Part shown: piece after piece, positions 10,124 through 20,697 of the stretch
Layout: the number at the start of each line of letters is the position of its first letter
Position numbering within the stretch: position 1 is the stretch's first letter
NCBI GenBank assembly: GCA_963804165.1
Contig: CAWDPO010000001.1
Location: 64,001 to 128,000, forward strand
From: an uncultured delta proteobacterium
GTDB lineage: Bacteria > Desulfobacterota > Binatia > UBA9968
Direction of reading: 5' to 3'
Length of the DNA stretch: 64,000 nucleotides
Position numbers and translations under genes: made by a program
The notes under the pieces: generated by a model
The model's database searches: none
What the model saw: the letters and a program-made list of their open reading frames with translations, nothing else
What the model was told of the DNA's origin: nothing

Positions 10124-10933
10124 ATGAGACTGCAAAATAAAATCGTTTTGGCCACAAGCGCGCAAAACCCTTGCGCCAAGGCGATCGTCCTGGGTTTCGC
10201 CCGCGAAGGCGCAGATTGCGTCGTCATCGATGAAGACGTGAGTCAAGCAGCACAGCTGGCAGGCGAAGCTCGATCTCTGGGCCGGCGAGTTTTGTCGCTC
10301 CGGTGCGATGTCACGAAGAAATCCGATATCGAGGACGCCGTGCGGCATGCCGTCGCCGAGTTTGGCCGCATCGACGTCCTGGTCAATTGTTCGGGGATCA
10401 CACGCGATAGCGATTTCCTAAGTTTCACTGAAGAAGCATTCAACGAATGCATCGAGCGCGGTCCCAAGGCTTACTTCCTTATGTCGCAGACCGTCGGGCG
10501 GCAGATGGCCGAGCAGCGCTCCGGAAAAATTATCAATCTCTCGACCACTGATGCTCGCATCGGTTCAGGTGAGTCGACCGGCAACAGCGCGGCCTATTCG
10601 AGCATCGACTCGATGACGCGTGCCATTGCCCAAGCGCTGGCATTTTACGGCGTCCAGGTGAACTCGCTCGTCTGCGGGCCGCTGGAATATTTTTCCCTGA
10701 CCGCCGATGAAGCAGGCGAGCGCCTGCGGCGCATTCCGGCGGGACGTTTGGGTAAACCCGAAGATCTCGTGGGCGCGGCGATTTTTTTGGCTACCGACGA
10801 TTCCAATTTCGTCGCCGGCGAAAGCCTCGTCGTCGACGCCGGTTATGCCAATGCCGCGGTAACGGAAGACAGCTTTCGACCGTCATGGGGCCGGACCTGG
10901 GGTCCATTCGAAATTCCATCCCGGAATAAGTAA
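10124..10933 (+). CDS. Atypical SDR family oxidoreductase
   Basis: CDVT, FGRIDVLVN, GKIINLS and PEDLVGAAIFLA..VDAG motifs; lacks the canonical GxxxGxG and YxxxK. Confidence 0.85.
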   Translation: MRLQNKIVLATSAQNPCAKAIVLGFAREGADCVVIDEDVSQAAQLAGEARSLGRRVLSLRCDVTKKSDIEDAVRHAVAEFGRIDVLVNCSGITRDSDFLSFTEEAFNECIERGPKAYFLMSQTVGRQMAEQRSGKIINLSTTDARIGSGESTGNSAAYSSIDSMTRAIAQALAFYGVQVNSLVCGPLEYFSLTADEAGERLRRIPAGRLGKPEDLVGAAIFLATDDSNFVAGESLVVDAGYANAAVTEDSFRPSWGRTWGPFEIPSRNK

Positions 10934-10954
10934 CCGTGTAAGAGGGACAATTAT

Positions 10955-11833
10955 ATGGGAACCAAATTTAAGGAAGTGAACACGCTATCGTTCATCGGCC
11001 ACGTCGGCCCCAAAGCCGAACGGTTGTGGAAGGAAGTCGATGAGGAAGTCGACATCATCGGCTGCAAAGACAAGTTCGACCGGCCCTGTCAACTGATCGC
11101 GCCGTTGAAATTACTCGAAAAGGATCTCCCCGGCGACGGCGACACCAAACAGATTCCGATCTTCGTCAATGATGCCGTGCGGATCGAGTTGATGCATTGC
11201 CGCTCTTCGAAGGGCGCGGATGGACACAGGCCGGCGGGGTTTTCCGAAACCCAGATCCAAGTCCAAAACAAGCGCGTCACGAAGACCTCCGAGGGTGATT
11301 TTGAATTGGTCGAAGGTGACGTCCTCGTCGTGCCGCCGAATATAAGCCATGAAAATATTGGCGATGGCCCGACCACACGATTAATCGTTTACACCCGCAA
11401 CCCGGTTCAGATCGCGCAGACCTATCCCGTCAAAGAAAGCGTCGTGCCGAACAAGCAGTGTACGTTCCTCAAGCCAACGACGGTGCTCGACAAAGTCGAA
11501 GAAGGCGGCTCCGGCGGCAAGCATTTCGAGCTGGTGGAAAACGCCGACATCATGGTCGAAACCACGCATCGCTCCGACGCGCAGAGAATCTACCACCGTG
11601 GTTTCGGTCAAGACGAAGTCGCCTTTCAACTCTCCGGCCGGCGCGCCACGCTGACCAACCAGGGGGAATACATGTTGGAGACCGGCGATTTTCTGTTAAT
11701 CCCACCGGGCACATCGCACCGCAATATCGGCGACATGGCGACGATCCGAATCATCCTCTACGCCAGAAAGCCGGTGCGCTTGGCCGATGAATTCATTGAG
11801 CGCGCTAAACGGGCCGGACAGGCGATCTCGTAA
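10955..11833 (+). CDS. Bicupin protein (putative dioxygenase/isomerase)
   Basis: Two cupin repeats: H-R..E..Q / GDVLVVPPNISH and H-R..DE..Q / GDFLLIPPGTSH. Confidence 0.8.
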   Translation: MGTKFKEVNTLSFIGHVGPKAERLWKEVDEEVDIIGCKDKFDRPCQLIAPLKLLEKDLPGDGDTKQIPIFVNDAVRIELMHCRSSKGADGHRPAGFSETQIQVQNKRVTKTSEGDFELVEGDVLVVPPNISHENIGDGPTTRLIVYTRNPVQIAQTYPVKESVVPNKQCTFLKPTTVLDKVEEGGSGGKHFELVENADIMVETTHRSDAQRIYHRGFGQDEVAFQLSGRRATLTNQGEYMLETGDFLLIPPGTSHRNIGDMATIRIILYARKPVRLADEFIERAKRAGQAIS

Positions 11834-11877
11834 AACCAAAAGTCTTTCTCGAATGGCCAGACATTATTTACAAAACA

Positions 11878-12860
11878 ATGTTCGAAAAGTCGTGCGTCGG
11901 TTTTATCTCGTTCCGCTTTTTTGACGAGTCGCAGTCCTTCGCCCTCTCGGCCGACAACATACGAGTGTCTTATGCGACGCTCAGCGCAGCGTACATGGAC
12001 CATATTTGCGCGATGGACAAAGGTTACTTCCGCGAAGAGGGGATTGAACATCGAAGTCATTCGCGCCCCGGGCGGTGTGGCGACTCCGGGTCTGCTGTCG
12101 GGCCAGTTTCAGTTCAGCAGCTCGGCAAGCTCAGCGGTGAGCGCCGCGGTGCGCGGCGGTCCGGTGAAAATCGTCTATACGAATCTCTCGCGTCCGAGCT
12201 ATACCCTGGTTTCGATAAAGCCGGAGATCACTTCGGCGAAGGAGTTGATCGGAAAAAAAATCGCCATCAATAGCTTTGGCGATACCGGCCATCTATCGAC
12301 GATTCTCTATCTGAAAAAAATGGGCGTTAATCCGTCGTCCGTGCTTTTCATCGCGGTCGGCAGAAACGAAGTCCGTTTTCCGGCTCTCCGTACCGGTGCC
12401 ATCGATGCCGCTCCATTGGTGCCGCGCGACATGGTGGTTTTGAAAGACCAAAAACACATCGTCCTCGCCGATTTGGGTAAAGAGATCCAGTTGGTGTGGA
12501 ATGGCGTTGCCGTATCCACCAAGCTTTCGGCCGAAAATCCGCAACTGGTAGAGCGATTCCTGCGCGGCTTGGCGAAGGGCCGGGAGTTTGCCCGGCGCTA
12601 CCGCGACGAAACGATTTCGCTCATCAGCAAGCGTGATCCTTCGCCTCTCGATGCCATCAAAGTCGACTACGAAGTGACCAGAGCGAGCATGACCGAAGAC
12701 GGCTCGTTGCCTGACGATATTCTTAAGAGATGAAGTTGCGACCCGATCCGAGCTGACCAAAGTTGCCAATCCACCCAACATATCGACCGTGTTTGATTAC
12801 AGTGTTACGAGAAAAAACTACGCCCAGCTAAAGGCAGCCGGCTGGCAGCCGGTCCGGTGA
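11878..12860 (+). CDS. ABC substrate-binding protein (NMT1/THI5/SsuA-like), frameshifts near 12040 and 12725
   Basis: KGYFREEG(L), L.GKKIAI and GAIDAA motifs; paralog of 16763..17788. Confidence 0.8.
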
Positions 12861-12864
12861 ACCA

Positions 12865-13657
12865 ATGAAACTTGAAGGAAAAATAGCCATCGTCACCGGT
12901 TGCAACGGCGAGTTCGGTTCGGCCATCGTGCCCGGATTTGCCGCCGAAGGTTGTGATCGTCGCTTGTGTGGATTTCAAGCAGAGCGGACGCCGATGCAGC
13001 GGCGGAAAAAGTGCGGCAAAAGGGCCGGCGCACTCTCGCGATCGCGATTGATCTACGCAAGCGCGGCGAAATCGAAGCGATGGTGAAGCAAGTCGTCGAA
13101 ACGTTCGGGCGCATCGACATCCTCGTCAACACCACCATGGCTTCGCACAACCAGGAGTTTTTGAATTTTAAGGAAGAAGACTTTCGACGATTCGCTGAGC
13201 CGAGGCGTGAAGAGTTACTTTCTCACCTGCCAGGCGGTCGCGCGGCAAATGGTGCAAGCAACGCTACGGCAAAATCATCAATCTCAGCTCCATCGTCGGC
13301 GTGCTCGGCCCCGGCCAGGCGGCGTCATGGACTGCGGATCGCGGCGCGTCAACGGGCTGACCCGCGCGGCGGCGCATGCGCTGGGATTTTACGGTATCAA
13401 CGTGAATGCAGTCGCGCGCGGCAACACCGCGCGCAAGCCTTACAACGCCGGCGTTCTCGAACGAGTTCGCAGGTTGCCTTTGGGCCGGACTGAAACCGCT
13501 GAGGACATGGTCGAGCCCTGTGTCTTTCTTGCCTCCGACGGGTCGAGTTACGTCACCGGAACGATTCTCTATGTCGACGGCGGCTACACTGTCGCCGGCG
13601 TCACCGACGACCGTTATCGCCCGGAGTGGGCGCGCGCAGGCGCCGAGAGAAAAATAG
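12865..13657 (+). CDS. Atypical SDR family oxidoreductase, multiple frameshifts
   Basis: LEGKIAIVTG, FGRIDILVN, GINVNAVA and FLASDGSSYVTG..VDGG spread over ORFs 12865, 12966 and 13207; the stop position is uncertain. Confidence 0.75.
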
Positions 13658-13712
13658 CATCTTCCTTTCGCGAATCGGATTTCAGCATTTTGTTGCAGTC
13701 GCACAGGATAGA

Positions 13713-13816
13713 TGTCATGTCGAGCGAAGCGAAACATCTCGACTCTCAAGAAGATAACAAAGACGAGATCCTTCAGCGAAGTTTATCCCGAGAACATCGA
13801 AGGGCCTCGAATGACA
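13713..13816. repeat. REPIN-like palindromic element
   Basis: TGTCATGTCGAGCGAAGCGAAACATCTC ... GAGATCCTTC...TCGAATGACA; same family as 17828-17890. Confidence 0.7.
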
Positions 13817-14785
13817 TAACGTTTTCGTCGACCAATACATTCTCCGAAAACATATCCTTGATAGCTAGCTTCCTGTCCGTCACGCCGACCATCTCCGCAT
13901 AACGCGCCATGGTCTCCAAGACGACCTGGTTGTCTCGAATATTGTAGGGCCACGCGTCGTCCCCGAATAGCTCTCTTTCTTCTTCCAACTCCGCGCCGTA
14001 CCAAGCGAGAAATGAGCGCCGCGTATCGCTCACATGTTTGATGCCTATCTCCTTGGCTGTGATAAAAGCCTCGACAAGACTTCGAGCCACCCACGGATGA
14101 CGTTCCAGGATGGAATTCTTCACCACCACCACGTGGCGGATCGGGAAGATCTTGGTGCGCAGATAATATTCTTTTTCGACCTCGCGAAAATTCGGCCACA
14201 AGCGGCGCACTCCGGGAGTATGACGGATGTGCTTCGGCGAGATTTCCGGCAACATGCACGCGTCGATCTCGCCGCTCGGCAAGCACATCTTCTATTTTTT
14301 GTCCCTTCGGCAAACGCTCGATCTCCATCCACTCCGGCGGTTGCCAGCCGGGAACCTGCTCCTGCTGATTGGTGCGTATGCGCAGTGAGCGCGCCGGCAC
14401 GTCGTGTTCTTCCTGCAGCACGCCGCGCATCCAGAGCGATACCGGATTGAAGTGGGCGCGCATGCCGATGATTTTTCCGGCAAGGTCTTCGGGTTTTTGA
14501 ATGCCGCTGGCGGCATGGACGAGCACGTTGCCATGACAGAATTTCCGGTGCGGAAAAACCGGGATCGCGCTAAACGGCGCACCGCGACCGATCCAACCGA
14601 GAAATACACCCATCTGCAGCTCGCACACGTCGAACTCCAGATCGCGGGAAAACCGTCTGTGACGCTCTTCCGACGGCAAGGATAAGATTTCGAGATCGAT
14701 TCCTTCCGCCTTCACGGTTCCGTCGACCGAGAAATCGCGTTCGATCGTATTCGTTGCAGGATAAGGTCAGACGAAGTGGTGCCAT
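13773..14785 (-). CDS. 4,5-dihydroxyphthalate decarboxylase-like protein (SBP fold), frameshifted
   Basis: LTLSCNEYDRT, V.AEGIDL, FDVCEL, IPVFPHRKF, IFPIRHVVVV and D.WPY motifs across three ORFs. Confidence 0.75.
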
Positions 14786-14789
14786 ACGA

Positions 14790-15742
14790 TTATCGGGCCA
14801 ATTGCGGCTTGATTTCATTTAACAACAGACGCGACTGAGCGCGCACATCATCCGACGCGATCCGCGCGATGATAGCGGTAAGACCTGCCGCGGCGTATCC
14901 TTTTAACAAGCGCACGCATTCATCCGCCGTGCCGAAGATCGTGAAATGATGGCTGAGGTTTTCCCGGGGTTGCTCGAAGAACCGCTCCATCCATCTCCAG
15001 CCTTCGTCTCTGCCCGGTCACCATTGGTTTGAATATTGAATGTCGCGTATAACGCGCTCACCCGACATTTCCCCACGCGGCCATGCTCCTGAGCATATCG
15101 ATCGATCTTGCCCCGCGCCGCAGAAAATCTCTCCAATGTCGGCGCTAGCGTGACCCAGCCATCGCCCAAACGGCCTACCCTCTTAAAACCGTTCTCGTTT
15201 CGGTCGGCGGCGATCCAGATGGGTATTCCCGGTTTTTGCGCGGGGTGAGGCAGGATTCCGACATCATCCAAATTATAGTAACGCCCTTCATAGCTGATCG
15301 TTCTCTCGCTCCACAGCCGGCGCATGATCTCGATGCACTCGCTCAAACGTCCGGCTTTCTCGTGCGGCGGAACTCCACACGCGGCGAATTGGCGCTGGAT
15401 GTAATCCCGTACGGGCCCTACGCTGACGCCGAGGATAATCCGGCCTTGCGAGATGACGTCCACGGTGGCGAGCGCGTGAGCCAACAAGACCGGATTTCTC
15501 AACGCGGGGAGCATGGGCACCGCGCCGATTTTGATCTTATGCGTGCGTGCCGCCAGCGCCGCCATCGTCGTCAAACAATCGCCGCGCGCTTTGTCCAAAA
15601 CCGTGACGCTGTCGCCCAGCCAAATATGGTCAAAGCCTAACTCTTCTGCTTGCGCCGCATCCGCCCAGAGTTGCTCGAAACTTTTCGCCGCGTCTTCCTG
15701 CCGGATGATTTGGCGCGTGTGTAAGAGAATACCGATATCCAT
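14790..15742 (-). CDS. LLM class flavin-dependent oxidoreductase, frameshift near 15000
   Basis: AEELGFDHIW, RNPVLLA..D.ISQGR, PHPAQKPGIPIW, GDGW and GT.DEC motifs. Confidence 0.88.
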
Positions 15743-15863
15743 ATCGTCGCCGTCAAATTTGCTTAACCTTTTAGAACGCCAAAACGCAAGCGCCGTTGGC
15801 GTGAATCGCGACTTGTCTGACCTCGGCACCTGATATATACACGCGAATTGAGGAGTAACGAAG

Positions 15864-16766
15864 ATGTCGAACACCGATACAGTCGCGTTGGAGCGAATCG
15901 ACCACGGCGTAATTCCCTCCAACGATCTCGGCCGAGCCTACCGCTTTTGGTCGACCTTTATGGGCGCACGGCTTGGCTTTCATGCAAATCTCAACGCGCG
16001 AGGGCTCAATCGCGAAGTGCCGATGATCGTTTTTTTTACGGTTGCGAATCACTCCGGCTTCGGTCTCGCCTTGCAGGATTTCCGTTTATCTCCGATCCCG
16101 GCGCGCCGTCTGGAAGGTGTGGTTTGGGGTTTCGAGGTCGCCGATGATGATCTCACGGCGGCCGCCGATGAAGCCGCGAAGCAAAAGCTGCGCTGGGAAC
16201 GTGTAGCCGACTTTCCGCCGTCCAGCCCGATAAAGGAGTCGTTGTTCGTCCTCGATCCCGACGGCAACACCGTGGAGCTCTGTATTCGGAAGCAACCATC
16301 GGATTTAATCCCACAACAGGCGACCATTCCGCTGCGTCGCATCAGCCACGTGCGCATAGAAGTAACCGACCTCGAACAAGCGCGCTCTTGGTACAGCAAA
16401 ACTTTCGGTATGGTCGAAGCTGACCAAGTGCGGGCGGAAGACCAGTTGACCCTGACCGTGCCTAAATCGGGGCAGTTGGTGATCATGAGAAAAGTTGCGC
16501 AAGTCGCCGAGCGCAGCACGCAGTGCTTCAAGGGACCGCATATCGATTTACGCTCCAGCGAGGAATATTATCCGGAGATCTTGAAACGTTTCAATCGCAA
16601 GGAAACGTATTGGGGTCCAGATCCCGATCTCATCCCTTGGCATGAACCGGATCCCAACACGGCTTACGGTTACGATCCGTTCGGCAACCGCATTCAGATC
16701 GGCGTCCTCGCCCAGCGTCCGATGCACTTCGGCAACGTGTCGCGTTTCGCCAACAGCGGCCATTGA
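15864..16766 (+). CDS. Two-domain VOC (glyoxalase/extradiol dioxygenase) family protein
   Basis: IDH..DL.RA..F, DPDGNTVEL, ISH..V.DL..A..WY and DPFGNRIQI motifs. Confidence 0.85.
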   Translation: MSNTDTVALERIDHGVIPSNDLGRAYRFWSTFMGARLGFHANLNARGLNREVPMIVFFTVANHSGFGLALQDFRLSPIPARRLEGVVWGFEVADDDLTAAADEAAKQKLRWERVADFPPSSPIKESLFVLDPDGNTVELCIRKQPSDLIPQQATIPLRRISHVRIEVTDLEQARSWYSKTFGMVEADQVRAEDQLTLTVPKSGQLVIMRKVAQVAERSTQCFKGPHIDLRSSEEYYPEILKRFNRKETYWGPDPDLIPWHEPDPNTAYGYDPFGNRIQIGVLAQRPMHFGNVSRFANSGH

Positions 16767-17788
16767 TAACGAAGATTCTTCCCTGTCCCGTCATGTTAAT
16801 GAAAACAGGTCCGGTCCTCATCTTCACCCTGCTCGGCGCAATTTTCATAGCGCCGCAAAATATCGATGCCGCCCACCCGGAAGAAAAAGTCCGTTTCTCG
16901 GTCGCCGCGGTCACCGGCAGCTACATGGATGAGTTCGTCGCCATCGAAAAAGGCTATCACCGCGAGGAAGGGCTGGCGGTGGAAATGATCCGCGCCGGCG
17001 GCGGTATCGCCACCCAGGCGCTGATCGCCGGCGATCTCCAATTCAGCACGTCGGCCGGCTCGGCACTCACCGCCATGCTGCGCGGCGCCGAGATCAAGGT
17101 CGTCTACACCAACATCGACCGGCCGGGCTATCAACTCTGGTCCGCACAACCGGAACTCAAGCACCTGAAAGATTTAATCGGCAAAAAAATCGGCGTCACC
17201 AGTCGCGGTGACACGCAAGAATTGTCCGTGCGCCTGTTGCTGCGCAAGCATGGCATCGACGCCAACTCCGTTGTGTATATGCCCGTGGGTTTCGGCGGCA
17301 CGCGCCTGGCCGCGCTGCAAGCCGGCACCGTCGATGCTGTGCCACTCGGCGCCGGCGACTTCGCTCAGCTCAAGCAGCCCAAAGGACACATGCTGGGCGA
17401 CACCGAAAAAGAAATCCGTTTTGCCTACGTCGGTCTGGCCGTGTCGAGTCGATTGCTGGCGCGCCAACTCAATTTGGTCGAACGTTTCTTGCGCGGCGTG
17501 ATCAAAGGCCGAGAGTACGCGCGGCGCTACCGTGAGCAGACCATTCCGATGCTCGGCAAGTACACGCAGCGCAAGCGCGAATTCAATGAAATCGACTACG
17601 ATTCAACAGTTCCGGTCTTGACCCCAGAAGGTTGGGTCAGCGATGAAGTCCTAAAGGAAGACGTCGCCATGCGGGCTGAATTGGTTGGCGTAGCCGCGCC
17701 CGCCGATTACAGCAAGTTTTTCGACTATAGCATCGTGAAAAAAATTTACCGCGATCTCAAATCGACGGGGTGGAAGGCGAGTCCGTAA
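16763..17788 (+). CDS. ABC substrate-binding protein (NMT1/THI5/SsuA-like)
   Basis: Signal peptide; A.EKGY.REEGL.VE, LKDL.GKKIGV and AALQAG.VDA motifs; the true start may be 16793 or 16799. Confidence 0.88.
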   Translation: MITKILPCPVMLMKTGPVLIFTLLGAIFIAPQNIDAAHPEEKVRFSVAAVTGSYMDEFVAIEKGYHREEGLAVEMIRAGGGIATQALIAGDLQFSTSAGSALTAMLRGAEIKVVYTNIDRPGYQLWSAQPELKHLKDLIGKKIGVTSRGDTQELSVRLLLRKHGIDANSVVYMPVGFGGTRLAALQAGTVDAVPLGAGDFAQLKQPKGHMLGDTEKEIRFAYVGLAVSSRLLARQLNLVERFLRGVIKGREYARRYREQTIPMLGKYTQRKREFNEIDYDSTVPVLTPEGWVSDEVLKEDVAMRAELVGVAAPADYSKFFDYSIVKKIYRDLKSTGWKASP

Positions 17789-17827
17789 GAACTTGCGTGG
17801 CAATGACGAACCCATATAGCCCGATAG

Positions 17828-17890
17828 TGTCATTCTGAGGCGAAGCCGAAGAATCTCGACCGAGATCCCTCGCGTGCGCTCGGGATGACA
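17828..17890. repeat. REPIN-like palindromic element
   Basis: TGTCATTCTGAG..GAAGCCGAAGAATCTCG / CGAGATCCCTCGC..GCTCGGGATGACA inverted repeat. Confidence 0.8.
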
Positions 17891-17931
17891 ACGTGACAGA
17901 GAGACGATTCTGATGAATTGAAGGAGAAATC

Positions 17932-19047
17932 ATGACCACTACGTATCAAGTCGCCGATATGATGATCGGAGTTCGCAACATGATCGAAGCCGCCGATCTG
18001 CGCCGCGGCGATCAAGTGCTCCTGTTGGCCGACACGCGCAGCGATAAAACCACATTGGAAGCGCTGACCGCGGGGCTGCGTTTTTTTGGCGCCGAGCCGA
18101 TGACTCTCGTCACCGAACCGATCGCGCGTTACGGCGCCGTGTCGCAGGCAGTGTTAGCGGCCATGCACGAGTCGGACGTGGTCATTTGGGTGTGGCCTGT
18201 GTTCATCACGTTCACGCCGGCGCATCGCGCCATGGGCCGCAAGCGCGAAGAAAGCGGCACCCAGCTTCGTGAAGAACGGATGAAGCCCTACCATATATAC
18301 TTCGAAGGCAATGCCGGACTTCTCGCCCGCGACTACGCGAAGTTTCCCAACAAGGTGCTGTGGAAATTGGCCGAGAAAGTGCGCGAAGTCGTCGCTGCCG
18401 GAAAAGTTGTGCGCCTGGAAGACTCGCTGGGCACGAAATTGACGGCAACTTATGACGGCAAACGCCTGTACGGCATGCAGTTTCGCGCCGGCGATCCGCC
18501 CGGACGGTGCCACTTTCCGTGGGGACGCTGCGGCGTGTTCAACGGCGATGGACAGGCCAACGGCGAAGTGTATTTGACTTGCGTCCAAGGCGTCGCCGGC
18601 AGACTGGCGGAACCGATGCGCTGGAAAGTGAAAGAGTCTTTGATCACCGAGGTAGACGGCGGCGGTGAAATCGGCGAAGAATGTAAGCGCTTGTTCAAGG
18701 ACGTTCCCGAATCGAATCGGCTGATCGAGATCATGTTCGGCTACCATCCGAAAGCGTCGGCGCAACATGGCATCAACGATCCGATGCATTGGGAGCTCAT
18801 CAGCAAAATGCCCTGGGCCGGCTTGGGGACGCCACGCAAGCATCCCAATTTTAGACATATCGACGGCTCGGTATTTAATGCACGCCTCTTCATCGATGAC
18901 CGACTCGTTGTCGACATGCACGGGATGCTCGATCGCGCGCTGCTGCACCACCCGGAAGTGCTCGATGCGGCGGCGGAGTTCGGCGATCCTTATAAAGTGC
19001 TGGCGCCGGTTTCGCATGAAGCGCACGGCTCGGGATCGAGCTGGTAG
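17932..19047 (+). CDS. Peptidase M29/aminopeptidase T-fold protein (possibly a NicX-like ring-cleaving enzyme)
   Basis: GTKLT, NGEVY, EP.RWKV...I.EV.GG, IE..FG.HPKA and RHIDG motifs. Confidence 0.6.
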   Translation: MTTTYQVADMMIGVRNMIEAADLRRGDQVLLLADTRSDKTTLEALTAGLRFFGAEPMTLVTEPIARYGAVSQAVLAAMHESDVVIWVWPVFITFTPAHRAMGRKREESGTQLREERMKPYHIYFEGNAGLLARDYAKFPNKVLWKLAEKVREVVAAGKVVRLEDSLGTKLTATYDGKRLYGMQFRAGDPPGRCHFPWGRCGVFNGDGQANGEVYLTCVQGVAGRLAEPMRWKVKESLITEVDGGGEIGEECKRLFKDVPESNRLIEIMFGYHPKASAQHGINDPMHWELISKMPWAGLGTPRKHPNFRHIDGSVFNARLFIDDRLVVDMHGMLDRALLHHPEVLDAAAEFGDPYKVLAPVSHEAHGSGSSW

Positions 19048-19050
19048 AGA

Positions 19051-19077
19051 CGCGCGCGCGCAAGGCGCTTTCTTTTT
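19051..19077 (+). terminator. Putative intrinsic terminator
   Basis: GC-rich short stem followed by TTTCTTTTT directly after the stop at 19047. Confidence 0.5.
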
Positions 19078-19287
19078 GATCGAAGCGCCAGCGTTCCCTT
19101 GGAAGACTCTTCACCGGTCAACGCTAACGAGGCGGTCGCCATGAATTATCGCGCCCCCAGAAATTTGACGGCCTGGAGGTGGCTACAAACAACCCGCGCG
19201 TCGGAATGTCGGGCGCGCGCTCTGCTGCTGAAATTTTCCCGCATTCGCACTTGACCCGACAAGCGTCAATCCATTACCCTAAGGGCT

Positions 19288-20697
19288 ATGGCTACGACTG
19301 ATCCTAGAGTTGCAGTCAACATATTGTACGCTGAAGACGATCCCGCCTCTGGCCGTCTGGTAAAATCGATCGCATCCACCGAAGGATACTCCGTCATGGT
19401 GGTTCCCACTGGCGAGGAGTTCTTGCGAGCCCTGGATGACAAGCCCGACCTGATACTCCTCGATCTTCACTTACCGGATGCATCCGGGCTGGACTTGCTC
19501 GCGCGCTCGCGAGCGCGCTATCCGGACGTGCCGGCGATCGTCGCAACCGCATCAAATTCGATCAACGACCCCGTGGCCGCGCTCAAAGGCGGCGCGATGG
19601 ACTATCTCACTAAACCCATCGACCATCAGCGTCTCGTCGTCTCGCTCGCCAACGCGATAAAAATACTGCGCCAACAGCAAGACCTTACCCAGCTTCGGTC
19701 AGAGCTCAAGGAAACCTATAAACTCGAGCATATGATCGGCGGCTCGCCCGCGATGTCCCACGTTCGGGAACTGATCCGCCAGGTCGCGCCAAGCGATGCG
19801 ACCATTCTAATCATGGGCGACAGCGGCACCGGCAAAGAACTCGTCGCGCGAGCGCTTCATTATTCCAGCCCGCGAGTGGGCAAGCCCTTCATTGACGTAA
19901 ACTGCGCGGCGCTCAGCGAGACCTTGATCGAAAGCGAATTATTCGGTCATGAAAGAGGCGCGTTCACCAGCGCGATTTCGCGTCGACGCGGAAAGTTCGA
20001 GCAAGCGAACGGCGGCACGCTGTTTCTCGATGAGATCGGTGACATGCCGCTGTCGACTCAGGCAAAGATGTTGCGCGTGCTGCAGGAGCGAACGTTTCAG
20101 CGCGTGGGAGGAGAAGATAAGATTACGGTCAACGTTCGCGTCATCTGCGCCACCAACCGCAATCTTGAAGATGCGGTTCAAGCAGGAACATTCCGTATGG
20201 ACCTTTTTTATCGGGTTAATATGTTTGTGATCGAGGTCCCGCCGCTGCGTGAGCGCGCGGCCGACATTCCCGAGTTGGCTCGACATTTCTTAGCGATGAG
20301 CAGCCGATCCGGAAAATATGCCGCTCGGTCGATTTCCGACGCGGCGCTCGTCGCGCTCGGCAAACATCGTTGGCCGGGAAATGTGCGCGAGCTACAGAAC
20401 GCGATCGAACGGGCTCTGATGATTTGTCATGAGGAGGAAATCCAAACCTCACACCTGCCCCCGGCTGTGCTGCATGAACCCCGGTCCGATCCCCAACAAG
20501 CCTACAATCCCGCTAGCCTTAACGGTCAAAATTTGGTGGAAGCAGTGGAAGATTTCGAACGCTCCATGATTCTGGCCGCGTTGGAAAAATGCGACTGGAA
20601 TAAGTCCCAAGCGGCGCGACAACTCGGAGTCACGCGGCGAATCTTATCGTACAAGATGAATAATCTCGGCATCGACAAGTCCACTCTCGATCAATAG
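19288..20697 (+). CDS. Sigma54-dependent response regulator (NtrC/AtoC type: REC-AAA-HTH)
   Basis: REC with LLDLHLPD and KP; [30 protein letters not shown] and WPGNVREL; Fis-type HTH. Confidence 0.95.
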   Translation: MATTDPRVAVNILYAEDDPASGRLVKSIASTEGYSVMVVPTGEEFLRALDDKPDLILLDLHLPDASGLDLLARSRARYPDVPAIVATASNSINDPVAALKGGAMDYLTKPIDHQRLVVSLANAIKILRQQQDLTQLRSELKETYKLEHMIGGSPAMSHVRELIRQVAPSDATILIMGDSGTGKELVARALHYSSPRVGKPFIDVNCAALSETLIESELFGHERGAFTSAISRRRGKFEQANGGTLFLDEIGDMPLSTQAKMLRVLQERTFQRVGGEDKITVNVRVICATNRNLEDAVQAGTFRMDLFYRVNMFVIEVPPLRERAADIPELARHFLAMSSRSGKYAARSISDAALVALGKHRWPGNVRELQNAIERALMICHEEEIQTSHLPPAVLHEPRSDPQQAYNPASLNGQNLVEAVEDFERSMILAALEKCDWNKSQAARQLGVTRRILSYKMNNLGIDKSTLDQ

